Below, in pieces: positions 41,601 to 53,300 of a stretch of 64,000 nucleotides of DNA. How positions within the stretch are numbered: position 1 is the first letter of the stretch; every line of letters starts with the position of its first letter. The DNA is taken from the NCBI GenBank assembly GCA_977030845.1, contig OZ365110.1, positions 45,012,001 through 45,076,000 on the forward strand. Direction: 5' to 3'. The notes beneath the pieces were generated by a model. It saw only the letters and a program-made list of their open reading frames with translations. It ran no database searches and had not been told where the DNA came from. A program made the position numbers and the translations under genes. The stretch comes from Fimbriosthenelais zetlandica (Eukaryota).

Positions 41601-44600
41601 AGAACTGTTCCATTATTATAGTGTTAAAAGTAAAACCACTGCGTCTTGATTTTAAATGCAAGCATGGCGTTACTGCTCATGAAATATTTCAAGGCAAAGA
41701 AATAATGTTGCCATCTTCTTAAAAAAATGATAGCTAAACAACTGAAGTGGAGCAAGCATCTAAATCAGTGTAATTAAAAATTGATTTATGAGGTAAAAGC
41801 TCCTTAAACAGGGATCACGTAATTGTTCTGGCTGGAAATTCCAACAACAGAAACTCACTTTTGAGTACTGCATGGACAGCACGAGCCTTCAGATAATTTT
41901 GTGCAGTGACCTGTTGCTGCCGCAAATCAATTGGATATATTCAGATTTTATGTGCTTAGATCTTTTATAATGCGCACAGAGACAGTTTTTTGCCTTTTAG
42001 GCTATCCAATATCGCGTCGCCACTGGAATTGGCTTTCAGGTTTGCAGCATGCTCACGATTCTCACATGTCATAATCGACTCACTGAGAATGTTGTAAAAT
42101 CCATTTAATCTTAATCGGCGTTTTGATTTACGTCAATTCATTATCAGGGGAGTCTCCATGAAGATGTGAAGACAATTATGCAAACTTGGGGATAAACTGT
42201 ACTCAGTCATTAGTGTAAATCGTTTCCCTTTGCCTATGGACTAATAGGATTTTCTGATGTGGGTGATCCTTCATGTTTTATCGATCCTACGTTAGATTTT
42301 ATAGGATGGGCGTTGTTTTCATAAATAGCTTTAGTTGGGTTGATAATTCCATTCAGTTTTATAAAACATAGCCGTCCACTAATGCTCCCTGTCATTCCTC
42401 TTTGCTTTTATAATGAAAACATTGTAAAGCTTATAGAAAAGCTGATAGAAAGGGCAGGAAGTGATGGAAAAACCATGAGAAATTATATAGAGTAGCCGAG
42501 ACCAACACGGCTTACAATTAAGATTCCATATTTATATACTTACTCCACAACTTTACATAACCCACGGCACAATGTCACACCTCTGACTGAGGATAAAATC
42601 AAACATCCAGATGCGGTATTTGCATCTATCGGGTTATTGTCAAGACGCTGGTGACAAGCAATATTCGCCCTCACAGTATTATCGATCAATTTGCCCTTTT
42701 CCACCACCGGTCGGGTAATAGATGTTCCAGTAACTCTCTTCTTATATACTTTCAGGCCAAGAGTCAATTCAAGAAGAGATCAACTGCCAACAACGTGGAG
42801 ATTGAGATTCCCGTGCCTACAGACGCCGACTCCCCCAAGTTTAAGGCTACCATCGGTTCAGCAAAGTGGTACCCAGAGAAGTCCTCGGTTATATGGACAA
42901 TAAAAGCCTTCTCAGTAAGGGACCTTTTATTCTTTCACTGGTGCCCATTATAGCAAGAATATAGTAAGCTATTATTGCATAGAATAGATCTATGATTATT
43001 CAATGCAGTAATTTCAATATTTCTTTCAATGACGAAAGAGGTCCGATGTCATATTCACCCAAAGGTTACCACAAATGTACACGTATACATTAAATGGGTT
43101 GTACAAATGATACTGGCAAACATGGGCCATTTTGAAGCAGCTGAGTGTATGAAGCTCAGGAGGCCTAAGAACAAGAGTTAACAGAATGGATCGGCCGGTC
43201 TAATTTATGAAAGGTGCCTTACTATAAGAGCAAATGCCAATAAACGGTACTAAAACATGTGCTGCTGACCCACCTCCTTTTATCCCACTGGTACTAAAAT
43301 ACGTCATCTGGAAGATTAGCTAGAAAAATAACTACTTGCTGGCCTTTGCCTAGACATGAGTTACGATGGAGTGAAATGACGGAGGTGACTACTTGAATGA
43401 AAAGATGGGTCAAAGGCAAAAATAAAGTCCTGATTAAGTTCTATAGGCAGCTTCTATAGAGAACTTCCATCTTTCAAAATTCAGAGTAGATATAGTCTTG
43501 CAAAATAAAGGACCAGATCCAACGGGGAGACATAGAGCAGACCATTGGTTACTCCAAGATATTTTCAACCAAGTATACCCAACATCAGTTACTCTCAGCA
43601 CATGGATGGCCCTCTCCAATTGTTTTGGGGCTTCCTCACTGAGCCTTTGTTGGATCTTGATACCATTACCATAGACTTCAATTGTAAGTCATATTTTTCC
43701 TTCGTAAAGGGACAAGCCATTGCATCCCTTCTGAGTGAAGAGCACTTCATGAAGTAAATGTAAACCAATTATACACAAGAGCCATTGGCTGCATTTACCT
43801 AGCTCAAACAGAGGTAACTTTATAAAGTCGCTGGGATCTCGGCTCAGACCAGTTATCGTCAACTTGTGAAGCCATAATACACTTTCCTAAGAGACTTCTT
43901 GGTCCTTCCCGGTAGAAGGGGAAATTGGGGAACTCAGTTTGGTCATAAAGTGTAGGTCGAATCACTTTACAATCTATAAGATCGACTTCGACAATTTTCA
44001 TGCTTTTCATTTGCAAGGAGTTCATGTACCAAAGAGCCATTCAACTCCCACTTTAAAACCAATGCAGGTCGGATTTCAAATTATTTTGTGTAAAGATTCT
44101 CGAGTGGGACTTATGGAGGCTAAATAAATCGTGAAGACTTTTAGATTAAATGTGGCTTAGGTGTTGTATTACGAAGTTTAATGAGGCTCATACTTTTAAT
44201 GATTTACATAGGCCTACACATTTCATCAGTGAAAATAGCAAGGATGTCCCCCATTCAGGACTCTGTAAATATTAGCCTGAAAAACTGCTCACAAAAGGGA
44301 GCACTTCAGGCGATTGTTATTGTAGCCCATTGCAAAATTATCAGCAATCTAGACATGAACCTAGATGCATCCAATGTATATGTTGTGCAGATGATTAATT
44401 TGTACATTTTCCCAGTAATCCATATAGATGATTTAGATTGATATCACTGAGGCTCATTCTCAGCTAATTACCGAGTTTTTAATCATGTTTTGGGTTATAG
44501 TACTAAATGCATAAATTTCCCCTACTTGGCAAAGGCAATATACTGTCATAATCAAGTATAGGCCTAAACACCAAAAGGGCTTCATTTAAGGCCATCTCCA

Positions 44601-47078
44601 TGTGACTGATATTCTTTTGTGGTAAAAGATCAGTTCTTCATTCATTTTCATAAATGAAGGTCTAGTGATCTTATCTGCCTATCCCAAATGTTTAGTAGCA
44701 GACCAGATTTGCTTTCCTGGTTGGGAGTACATACCTACCCGCGCAAGCAAACATTCTTGGTATTCTGGATTTTCCTTGGACAAAAACTATTGTCAGAGGA
44801 TTTGTCATGACTTCGTATCTGGCATACAAAACTTTCAGTCCCGACTTGGCATTCCATTCCCTCTTTTCAGAAATATTGATTCGCCTCTGGGGAGTTCTAA
44901 TTGCATTTGTGTGTACGTCAACTTGGGCGTTCACTCCAGCCACATGAAACTATTCCGGTAGACTTTCAGCCATCTCTTGATTCCCGACTAAAAAGTAGTC
45001 TCTTCCCTCTGCGCAGATTCCACTTTAGAATCGTGTTTTGCATGAAAGAAAGGCATTCACGGCGTGGCTGTAAGAATAGACTCTTCAAACAAAAGCCTAA
45101 TTTATTTTAATTTAGACTCCCTTTCACCCAAACACTTCTCCCTTAGTAAGATATTTTGGTCAAATGTCAAGTTCTGTGTGTAGTTCTGACAATAACTTTT
45201 GCCTTGTTTGCTGATAAATACGCAAACGAGGAACTTTAAGTTGACTGTTCCTTCAGTTCCTTTAATGTTGAATCCAATTTATTTGACAGGGCTGTAAGGA
45301 ACATTTGCTGCGAGCACATTTTAAACTACCGAGTGTGATAAGTGAGGAAAGTGAAGGGAAGGCGCCTATCTATGTACGATTTGAGATCCCATACTACACA
45401 GTATCAGGTTTACAGGTAAGGTTTTTTTTTAATTATACAGCAGACATATGACCGTTTTTTCATGTATGTTAGGAATATTTCAACACTTGCAAATGCCATT
45501 CATATGGTCACCACACTGATAATGTATAGAATTCGTATGGACTTTTGGGAATCGGAGTTGAATACTAGCTAGCTAAATACTGCAACTATATTGTTGTAGC
45601 CAGATTTAGAGCCCAATGTCTACATGATTAAGACAAAAAATAAATATGCATTACTTGCTGCATTTGGTGCCAGATAGAGGATAAGGTATCAATATTGTTA
45701 CCAATCGCTCACTCTGCAGGCTCGCTCCATAACATATACATACTTTCTGATAACAGAGATCTCAATGTTTGAATACAGAGGAATGTGTTAGGCAGAGCCA
45801 AATCATTTTTACCAACTCACTAATTTATTGCATCACTCCCAAACCTGATTAAAAACTGTCTATAATGGGAAGCTAGGGTCAGTGCCTTCTTGTTCATTTT
45901 ATCAATCATGTCTCATATAATGGATGTTTTCTGTACATGCTCATGGCATGTCCAAATTCAACCCATTGAAACACACGCAGTGAACCTAATCCAAGAGGCT
46001 TTCTAACCAGGCCCCAGAGATAGATAGCTGTGAAGCCCCAGATCTGTGGGGCATATCCAGGTTCCTACAACTGAAGTCGGAACCATGCATTATGATGCAT
46101 ATTACATACAGTGGGAATAAATGAAAGTTGGGGGAATCCCACATAAATTGCATCTCGATTTGGCATCTCGATTTGTTTGCCATGTTTCTCTGGTTATCCT
46201 GGATTGCATCTTGTATATATGTTGTAATGACTCTGTTCCTGCCATGTGTGCAGATCACCCCCGATCCCCTTCACAATAGCCTTTATAAGCAGTGTATGAG
46301 AAAAGATTCATTTCAGGTTTATGAGATTTAGCATTATCCACATTGTGCCCCCCTATGATGCGGCCACCGCTTTTGTCATTGGGAGGGATTGGATGTGGAC
46401 AAAAGGTGAAGAGGCGAGGGCACTAGTGTCAAATCAATACCACATTCAGGTCTTGCGCGCTGTGCTATGGGGTCAGCGGCTACAATACTGGAAATATAAT
46501 TGGTTTACTAGGGAGATATCAGGACTTAGCCAGTAATATCTCATACGCTCCGTCTCTGAGGGATAGGAACTGGAAGGGGCAAACGCTTCAGCCCATGTGG
46601 TGGTCTGAGAAGCTATATTGAGCAGATCGTTGATATTGCTCCTAAAAATGAACCTAGTCAGACTCAGAGACACATATTATCACCACTCCTCCATCCACGT
46701 GTGAGATGTAAATAGCCTCATAATACAGTATTTCTATGTTAGCCTTTCCTCACCCTAACCTCGTGTAAATAAAGGTTTCTTGTTGGGGAATTCAGTATTG
46801 TTTCGGTCCTGGCATATACCTAATGGGATTTGGGTTGTGGGAAGAGACTCCAATATGCATTCCTCATACAAAATTGGATGATAATGGTATGACAATGTTC
46901 ATTTACTTGTGTTTTTAGAGTGTGTGTGTTTTTTAAAGAATACATCAATAATGATCTCTACCTCTACCGCTACTTCCAGGTCCGGTATCTGAAGATCATT
47001 GAGAAGAGAGGCTACCAAGCCCTGCCATGGGTACGCTACATCACACAAAATGGAGATTACCAGATACGGATTAGCTAA
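11606..47078 (+). CDS. AP1M1: AP-1 clathrin adaptor complex subunit mu-1 (AP47), spliced gene, 11 coding exons, 1272 nt = 423 aa + stop
   Basis: Exons 11606-11647, 26391-26547, 29112-29179, 34227-34357, 35553-35700, 37723-37849, 40067-40209, 40803-40874, 42756-42914, 45290-45415, 46980-47078 all have GT-AG boundaries and join in frame. The product reads [24 protein letters not shown]...[26 protein letters not shown]...[10 protein letters not shown]...[12 protein letters not shown]...[15 protein letters not shown], hallmark mu1 motifs; length equals human AP1M1 (423 aa, from memory). Confidence 0.97.
25296..25700 (-). pseudogene. Degenerate Crypton-like tyrosine-recombinase (DUF3504-type) remnant
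   Basis: The minus strand gives MQGF..., TEPCRCLAV, then after a stop and 1-nt shift near 25540 SVPVRVNT...RDGL...PHRS...[10 protein letters not shown]. This order matches Crypton motifs QGG / NPERC / PVGxNT / GHRS / EQQ; the HSLR motif and catalytic Tyr are not visible. Confidence 0.4.
26391..26547 (+). CDS. AP1M1: AP1M1 coding exon 2
   Basis: ttttgtag|GTG; [13 protein letters not shown]...IKHRDLY; donor is U12-type GTATCCTT. Confidence 0.95.
26548..29111 (+). other. U12-type (minor spliceosome) GT-AG intron, AP1M1 intron 2
   Basis: 5' splice site GTATCCTT (26548-26555); branch site TCCTTAAC (29094-29101) 10 nt before the AG with no polypyrimidine tract. These match the U12 consensus RTATCCTT / TCCTTAAC. 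Confidence 0.92.
29112..29179 (+). CDS. AP1M1: AP1M1 coding exon 3
   Basis: TCCTTAAC branch site then ccag|TC; [22 protein letters not shown]; CAG|gtaag. Confidence 0.93.
34227..34357 (+). CDS. AP1M1: AP1M1 coding exon 4
   Basis: tttcag|GTC; [29 protein letters not shown]; GA|gtaag. Confidence 0.96.
35553..35700 (+). CDS. AP1M1: AP1M1 coding exon 5
   Basis: tttgcag|G; YITQESH...[27 protein letters not shown]; |gtaag. Confidence 0.96.
37723..37849 (+). CDS. AP1M1: AP1M1 coding exon 6
   Basis: ccag|GTG; [25 protein letters not shown]; C|gtaag. Confidence 0.96.
40067..40209 (+). CDS. AP1M1: AP1M1 coding exon 7
   Basis: ttgcag|GT; [36 protein letters not shown]; |gtaag. Confidence 0.96.
40803..40874 (+). 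CDS. AP1M1: AP1M1 coding exon 8
   Basis: cttccag|TCT; [23 protein letters not shown]; |gtgagt. Confidence 0.95.
42756..42914 (+). CDS. AP1M1: AP1M1 coding exon 9
   Basis: tttcag|GCC; [30 protein letters not shown]; |gtaag. Confidence 0.96.
45290..45415 (+). CDS. AP1M1: AP1M1 coding exon 10
   Basis: tttgacag|GGC; [14 protein letters not shown]...[12 protein letters not shown]; |gtaag. Confidence 0.95.
46980..47078 (+). CDS. AP1M1: AP1M1 coding exon 11 (terminal)
   Basis: cttccag|GTC; [32 protein letters not shown]; AATAAA at 47114-47119. Confidence 0.96.
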   Translation, partial: VRYLKIIEKRGYQALPWVRYITQNGDYQIRIS

Positions 47079-49462
47079 TCCAATAATCCTTAGGCCTTAG
47101 ATTAGACTGACCTAATAAACTATTGATCATCCCACCACAAATCATACTGCATGTCAGGATAGGATCATCCCAACACGCAAGTCATAAGTAAGACCTGGCA
47201 TGTGTTGAGTTGCATGTAATTTCTTGATTAGTTCCGTTCAATATATGGATATATTCACCCAATATTTTACCCTACCAGTCAAAGCCGGTCATTGCCATCA
47301 CATAGAAAGGTTATAACCACACCATTTTTCAGACCTAGTTTTTGGTTAAGGGGTACTTTTTCCCCATCAGAAACACAACTTTAAGTGATTGGTCCTTGCT
47401 TGTAGACCATATTGAGTGGTTTGATTTTCTTACACTAAAACAACTGAATCGGAACAGAACGACTTACGTCTAAAATTAGAACGTGCATTCAGCTAGTGTA
47501 CTTACGATTGTTTGCTCCCTCGGAATATTTGTTTGGTGTCCTAATAAGAACATGAATGTGAAATTATTACGAAATGAAATCAATGGGGATATCAAATTAT
47601 CAAAGAAATGAAAATTTTAATCAGGGAGAAAAAGTGATAAAGCGAATGACAATATTAAAGTGACAACGTCATTAAACAAATACAGAACATAGGGAAAGTG
47701 AAACGTAAAAGGTAAATGAGCGAAATCATCAATATATAATATAACAAAGACTGAAGCTACTATATAAGGCAATTCTCTGTGAGCCTCTGTTGCTGCTTGG
47801 CCTCGTTTGTTAATGCAGGTGTGAAAACAATAGCATTTGTACAATCAGTGATTCACTGGCTGCAGAAGGGAATCTTTGGTGCTAGATTAAAGCAAAGGAA
47901 TAGAAGTCCCCACAGAGACAAAGCAAGACAAAGCTATCTCCGCCTTGATAAACCAGCTGCAAGACAAGCAAGATTCTTCTACCTCAGCCTTTATGTGTCA
48001 ACGTTGGGGGAAGGCGTTGATTTTTTTAATTATAACAGCTGCATAAGTAAGAATAAAATTCATATGCGGGGTACTGAAAAATGTCTACAAGATCTTGTGA
48101 TGTACAGAAAAAAAAGCAGGAGTGATATTAAGAGAATGTGCCTGTGCCTAGCGTCTACACATCAGAGTTGGGATCTAACCATCGCAGGCTTACTCTGAAG
48201 AAGTGAAGCGTTTCGGCTTTCAATTACAAAAGAACACACTTGATTGCAGTGATCCGAATAGGATGATAATACCCCTGCCATTCCGACTAGGCTGTCCATC
48301 ATTGAATACTGGAATCAAGCATTGCATAAAATTGGATCCAGCAGGGCAGACGGGCTCCCCTTCACAAACAGAGAGAGGCGCAGTGGGCTGTGGTGATTAC
48401 TTGAAACAGAGACCTATCGAAGGATAATAATCTGAACGAAATGTGAAATGTCTGGGGAATATTAGGAGAAAGGAAGAAAAAAGTAATTCGATATCAAAGA
48501 TATAACTCCTCTGAGTATAAGTCAAAAAGCCTGTCTCAACTGAAAGCATGGCGGGTCAGTCTAAGTTATTTGCTTCACTGGGCACTTGGCCCACCAGCCC
48601 ATTATTGATATATATCAATATTACAAGAAATAGTAAACAATGCCACGTTAAGTCAGATCTTTGTAGTTTTATTGCACCTTCGACACCGGAGACAATTGAT
48701 TTATCACGTTTTTCATCATTGACGATTTGTTATTTTTTTTTCTATTTTCTCTGACACTGTCATTTAACACCAAACAAGGAGGTCACATCAAATGACAGAT
48801 TTAAATATTAGAGATAAGGATATATAATGAAAATGCAACTTGCATTTACTTAAATTACTTGTGTGTATATATATATATACATGCAATTTATCAACAGAAT
48901 TATAAAGATCATTATATAGGCCTAGTATATAATGCATCATAAGACATGATTTTTGTTATCTGAACAGTTGAATCATCATCATCGTTCAAGATTTAATGGG
49001 AGGACGGTAATTTATAACCAGGAAAAATTATATATTCAATATGTATTCCACACTGTACAATTCACATGCACCTGTGAAGGTTGTTCATGTTATGACGATG
49101 CACTCAAAAATGAATGGTGATATGGAGTTGTAGGCAAATTGACGATTCTGAGTTGATGGTGAATGATGATAATGTTAACACATGTAATCATATTATGTAA
49201 TGTTTATCAGAATAAATTATGTATATTTCAAATGAATTTCCTGCTTCCCATTGTCTGTATGTATCAGTATAGCCTCTGATAATCTAGTGAAAGAGTGAAT
49301 TGTATTGAGCCAACCTCTAGATTAAAATGCATTGTAACAGAGTTGGGTCATTGACCTTCTATACCCTAAAGGCCGCTTGCATGTCATATGCAAGTAATCA
49401 ACATTAAGTTATAACCCATCGTATGAATTGGGTATAGACCTTTGAGCACCTGAATAGATTTA

Positions 49463-49699
49463 TAGCCTGAACCCACTGAGCTACGATCTCCCTAAAATCT
49501 GCTTGAACATGCTCAAAATAAGAACGTAGATTTTACTGATCCATGAAGAAAAAAGCAAAGCACACAGAAACATCATCATGAGGTTCAATGCACATACTAT
49601 TTCAGTAGATTAATTCCACAATTTTTTTTTTTTTTTTAAATTTTTGTTAAAGCAGATTGTAGGGAGATCCTATCTCAGTGGGTTCAGGCGTTCAGGCTA
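49463..49699. mobile_element. MITE with TAGCCTG...CAGGCTA termini (Academ-like), about 40-bp TIRs, TTA target duplication
   Basis: GCCTGAACCCACTGAGCTACGATCTCCCTAAAATCTGCTT matches the reverse complement of 49650-49689 at 37/40. TTA lies on both flanks; GTTCAGGC is duplicated at the right end. The superfamily call is inference. Confidence 0.75.
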
Positions 49700-49781
49700 T
49701 TATGTGTTTTTGGAGATTCCTAGGAGATTTTTTGTCTAATTCCTGGCCTAATCCCTGTCAGGTATGGAATACTTGAACAAT

Positions 49782-50019
49782 GTATAATTCATTCATCTAT
49801 TGAATAGATGAAGAAATTGTTTCAACCTTAAACTTAATATATAGAAACTCAACATTAAAAGAACATGAAACGAACGACCTGAAACCGAACTGGAACATAA
49901 GTATAATTCATTCATCTATTGAATAGATGAAGAAATTGTTTCAACCTTAAACTTAATATATAGAAACTCAACATTAAAAGAACATGAAACGAACGAACTT
50001 AAACCGAACTGGAACATAA
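49782..50019. repeat. 119-bp tandem duplication in the XPF 3' UTR
   Basis: 49782-49900 and 49901-50019 differ at 2 positions by eye. Confidence 0.92.
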
Positions 50020-50037
50020 TATATTGTATTCGTCAGG

Positions 50038-50334
50038 TCACCTTTTCCGTTTCGCCGTCGGGAGGGGTAGGTTTTGCTGCCGTCGATTGGTATTCTTGGA
50101 GAAGTTGCCACCCGTTCTGTTTTGCTGTTTAGCCCCGCCCATCACACTGCTGCCGTCTTGTGGCTTCTGCTCTTTGTGGAGGAAGGAGTGGAGACTCCTG
50201 GCGTGGATTGAGCTACCCAGGACTTCCGTGAGTCGCTCCTCAGAGAGGCTCACTAACTCTGCCATATCAGTCACAGCGTTCATCACAGAGTATATATTTT
50301 TGGTGTTAATGCCTGGCATCTTCATCAGCATGGC
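50038..50334 (-). CDS. ERCC4: XPF coding exon 21 (terminal, HhH2 domain and basic tail)
   Basis: [53 protein letters not shown]...KRKR*. Confidence 0.94.
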   Translation of the reverse strand, partial: AMLMKMPGINTKNIYSVMNAVTDMAELVSLSEERLTEVLGSSIHARSLHSFLHKEQKPQDGSSVMGGAKQQNRTGGNFSKNTNRRQQNLPLPTAKRKR

Positions 50335-53300
50335 CTGTTATTGAATTAAAAAATAGACCAATCAGATTACCGTACTTGGTACCGGGTATACTGAATAGGA
50401 AATAGTGATAATCCTTAATAGAATAGAAAGATTAAAAGATCAGCTAGAGATCGTAATTATAAAAGCAAGCAACACTAATTTAGAGATCATAATTATAAAA
50501 GCAAGGAACACTTACCCGAGGTCCCTGGTTATATTTTTCTATGACCAATTCTGATTCTTCCTCCCCAGTTATTGCCATGGCTGCCACAGCATCCGGTTGT
50601 GGACGACCAGCCTGTTCACAGCAGAACAATAATATAATATTAACAAGAGTTAAAAGAAAGATGTACACAATGAAAAAAATCAAATTTATTACCAGAGTTG
50701 GTACACATAAAGTGTACACATAAATCAGAAAAAAAATCAACAAAACTTACCTTGATTTCTTCAAACAATTCAGCAGTAGCGTAGGGGCTCGGACACCACA
50801 GGATACGTAGTCGAGGGAAGTGCAAGGTTAGTAGGACAAGCCGAGATGTGACGTCATTGCTATTAATCTCGTTGGAGAGGTAATATTTACCCTGAAAAAG
50901 ATGCATCAATAAGTAGAATTTTTTAGAAGGCCAGCCATTAATAAAACTTTGTATAAAGGTGCATACTAATATACATTAAACGGAAAAGAACTAAATTTTT
51001 CAAAAAGAAATGTATTGATTCAATTTTCAAATACCAACCTGAAGGGTAAAAGGTTTGCTGGGATCAAACTCGATGAGGAGTATAGGTCTTTTGTAGTAGC
51101 GACACATGGCGGTGGCTTGGTTATACAGACGACCACTGTTCAACGATCCAATCAAATCACTCACACTTTTCCTCTCTACACAAATGTCAGGCGTCAGAAT
51201 ATAGTCACCAACCTAAACAGGACAAGTCAGTATGAGATTAAACTAAACAGGACAAGTCAGTATGAGATTAAACTAAACAGGACAAGTCAGTATGAGATTA
51301 AACTAAACAGGACAAGTCAGAATGAGATTAAACTAAACAGGACAAGTCAGAATGAGATTAAACTAAACAGGACAAGTCAGTATGAGATTAAAGTAAACAG
51401 GACAAGTCAGTATGAGATTAAAGTAAACAGGACAAGTCAGTATGAGATTAAACTAAACAGGACAAGTCAGTATGAGATTAAACTAAACAGGACAAGTCAG
51501 TATGAGATTAAACTAAACAGGACAAGTCAGTATGAGATTAAACTAAACAGGATAAGTCAGTATGAGATTAAACTAAACAGGACAAGTCGGAATGAGATTA
51601 AACTAAACAGGACAAGTCAGTATGAGATTAAACTAAACAGGACAAGTTAGTATGAGATTAAACTAAACAGGACAAATTAGCATATGTTTACAAAAACAGT
51701 TTAACGCCATAGACATTTTTCGCATCTAGTAACCTACCTCTATTGTCACTGGTTCAATATCAATACCTCGTGCGTGAAGCAAGGAAGGTAATCCACTACG
51801 AAACTCCCGCATGTCCACAATGACCTGTAAATAATCAAGATATTCAAATCTAGACATAACCCAAAATATCACTTAAAAAATACAATTATGTTCTCTACAT
51901 CTTCATATCATCTGGCTTCTTTTGAAAACAGAGCAACCTTTACCTTTTGTTGTTCCGGTTTCTGAGGAAGACCGCCCTTCCGTGTGTTCACAGTAGCATT
52001 GGCTGGAGTTGTGTCACGAGACAGGTTTGGATCATTGTCAAATCGACCTTCCCGCTCTTCAGGAATAACCATAGTCTAACAACAAAAATACAGGGTCTAA
52101 ATATTATCTTCCAGGAGAGGTGTTTACCAAATTTAAAATTGAGCAAAAAATCTTTTTAAGGAGATAATGAAAGCAACAGTTGCGACTATTCTTACCGCCT
52201 TTTCTCTTATTAAGAACTCGAATGCATCTTTCTCTTTCCGCAGCGTTGTTAGGTATCTTTGCTCCTCTGTGGATCCACTGTACATCAAAAAATAGACCCT
52301 CAGCGAATGATCAGGTCGTGTCGCCCGGAATACCTGACAGTAAATTTGTTTAATTAAGTTATTTTTTTTAAAGCCCATAACAGAAATTCAATGCAAGGAG
52401 GGGAGTTAGCTCAGTTGGTTAGAATGCCCGCTCACACATGGTGGTTGACCAATGATCGAAGGGTGGGCGGTTCAATCCCCTGAGCTATCCAAGGCTAGGG
52501 GTTGTACCGGTACATAATTATGTTCTAGAGCATATGAACCAAGAAATACCCAATATTCTAAGTAAAAAAATAATAATTTCAAAGGAATGATACAATGTTT
52601 GCCACTGACCTCCAGCTGCCTGACAAGACCCATATCAACATCATAGATGATGACATAACGTGGAGCCACCTCCTCCAGGGTCCGCCTGAAACCGTTGGGA
52701 TCCGAGGAGCCGTGGATGGGATGAAGGACAGTGAAGGGACACTGAAGGACGCCATAGAAGGCTTCCTCTGAGGGAATCCCGGACTCCCCCTCCCTCCCTT
52801 CCTATATAGTGGAAAAAATGGGTAAATTTGAGTATGGGAATGAGAGGAAGTTGTGAAATTGTATATTGAACTAGATTCGAGATTTATTTATACATTTACC
52901 TTATTTGGATCGTCCACCATTTGTGTCAGTGTTAAACCATTGTTGGATTGCATTGGTTTCGGTTTTGCATATTTCCCCCCAGGGAGTTTCGCCTAAAAAT
53001 CAAAAGACTTTGACTTTAGGTACCATATGATCAATTTTCAGCGATTTAAAGCTGATCGAATACAGAATTAAAGCAGACAATAAGTTTCCTTACCTGTACC
53101 TCTGGCAGAAGTCTTGCACCTGTTTTAAATCCAACAGTCTTGTTGAATAGTCGCCGCAGAAGGGCTTGTCCTCCATCACAAAGGAACTACAAATGCAAAG
53201 AAAAGTCATCAATACACAAATATATAAGGGTCAGATTTTTTTAACTAAAAGATATAATTTAAATAATAATTAAGCTGGAAACGGACCTCTTTTATTTGAT

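Noticed and set aside
46540-46680. Possible Gypsy integrase remnant on the plus strand (MWW...YIEQIVD)
   Set aside because: Needs a frameshift and lacks the conserved cysteines.
47779-48427. 139-aa and 74-aa ORFs between AP1M1 and XPF
   Set aside because: No motifs, AT-rich non-coding composition, non-ATG starts; likely UTR or intergenic.
51015-51650. 211-aa plus-strand ORF with ([10 protein letters not shown])n repeats
   Set aside because: It is the stop-free frame of the 30-bp intronic minisatellite plus the antisense of XPF exon 18; no independent coding evidence.
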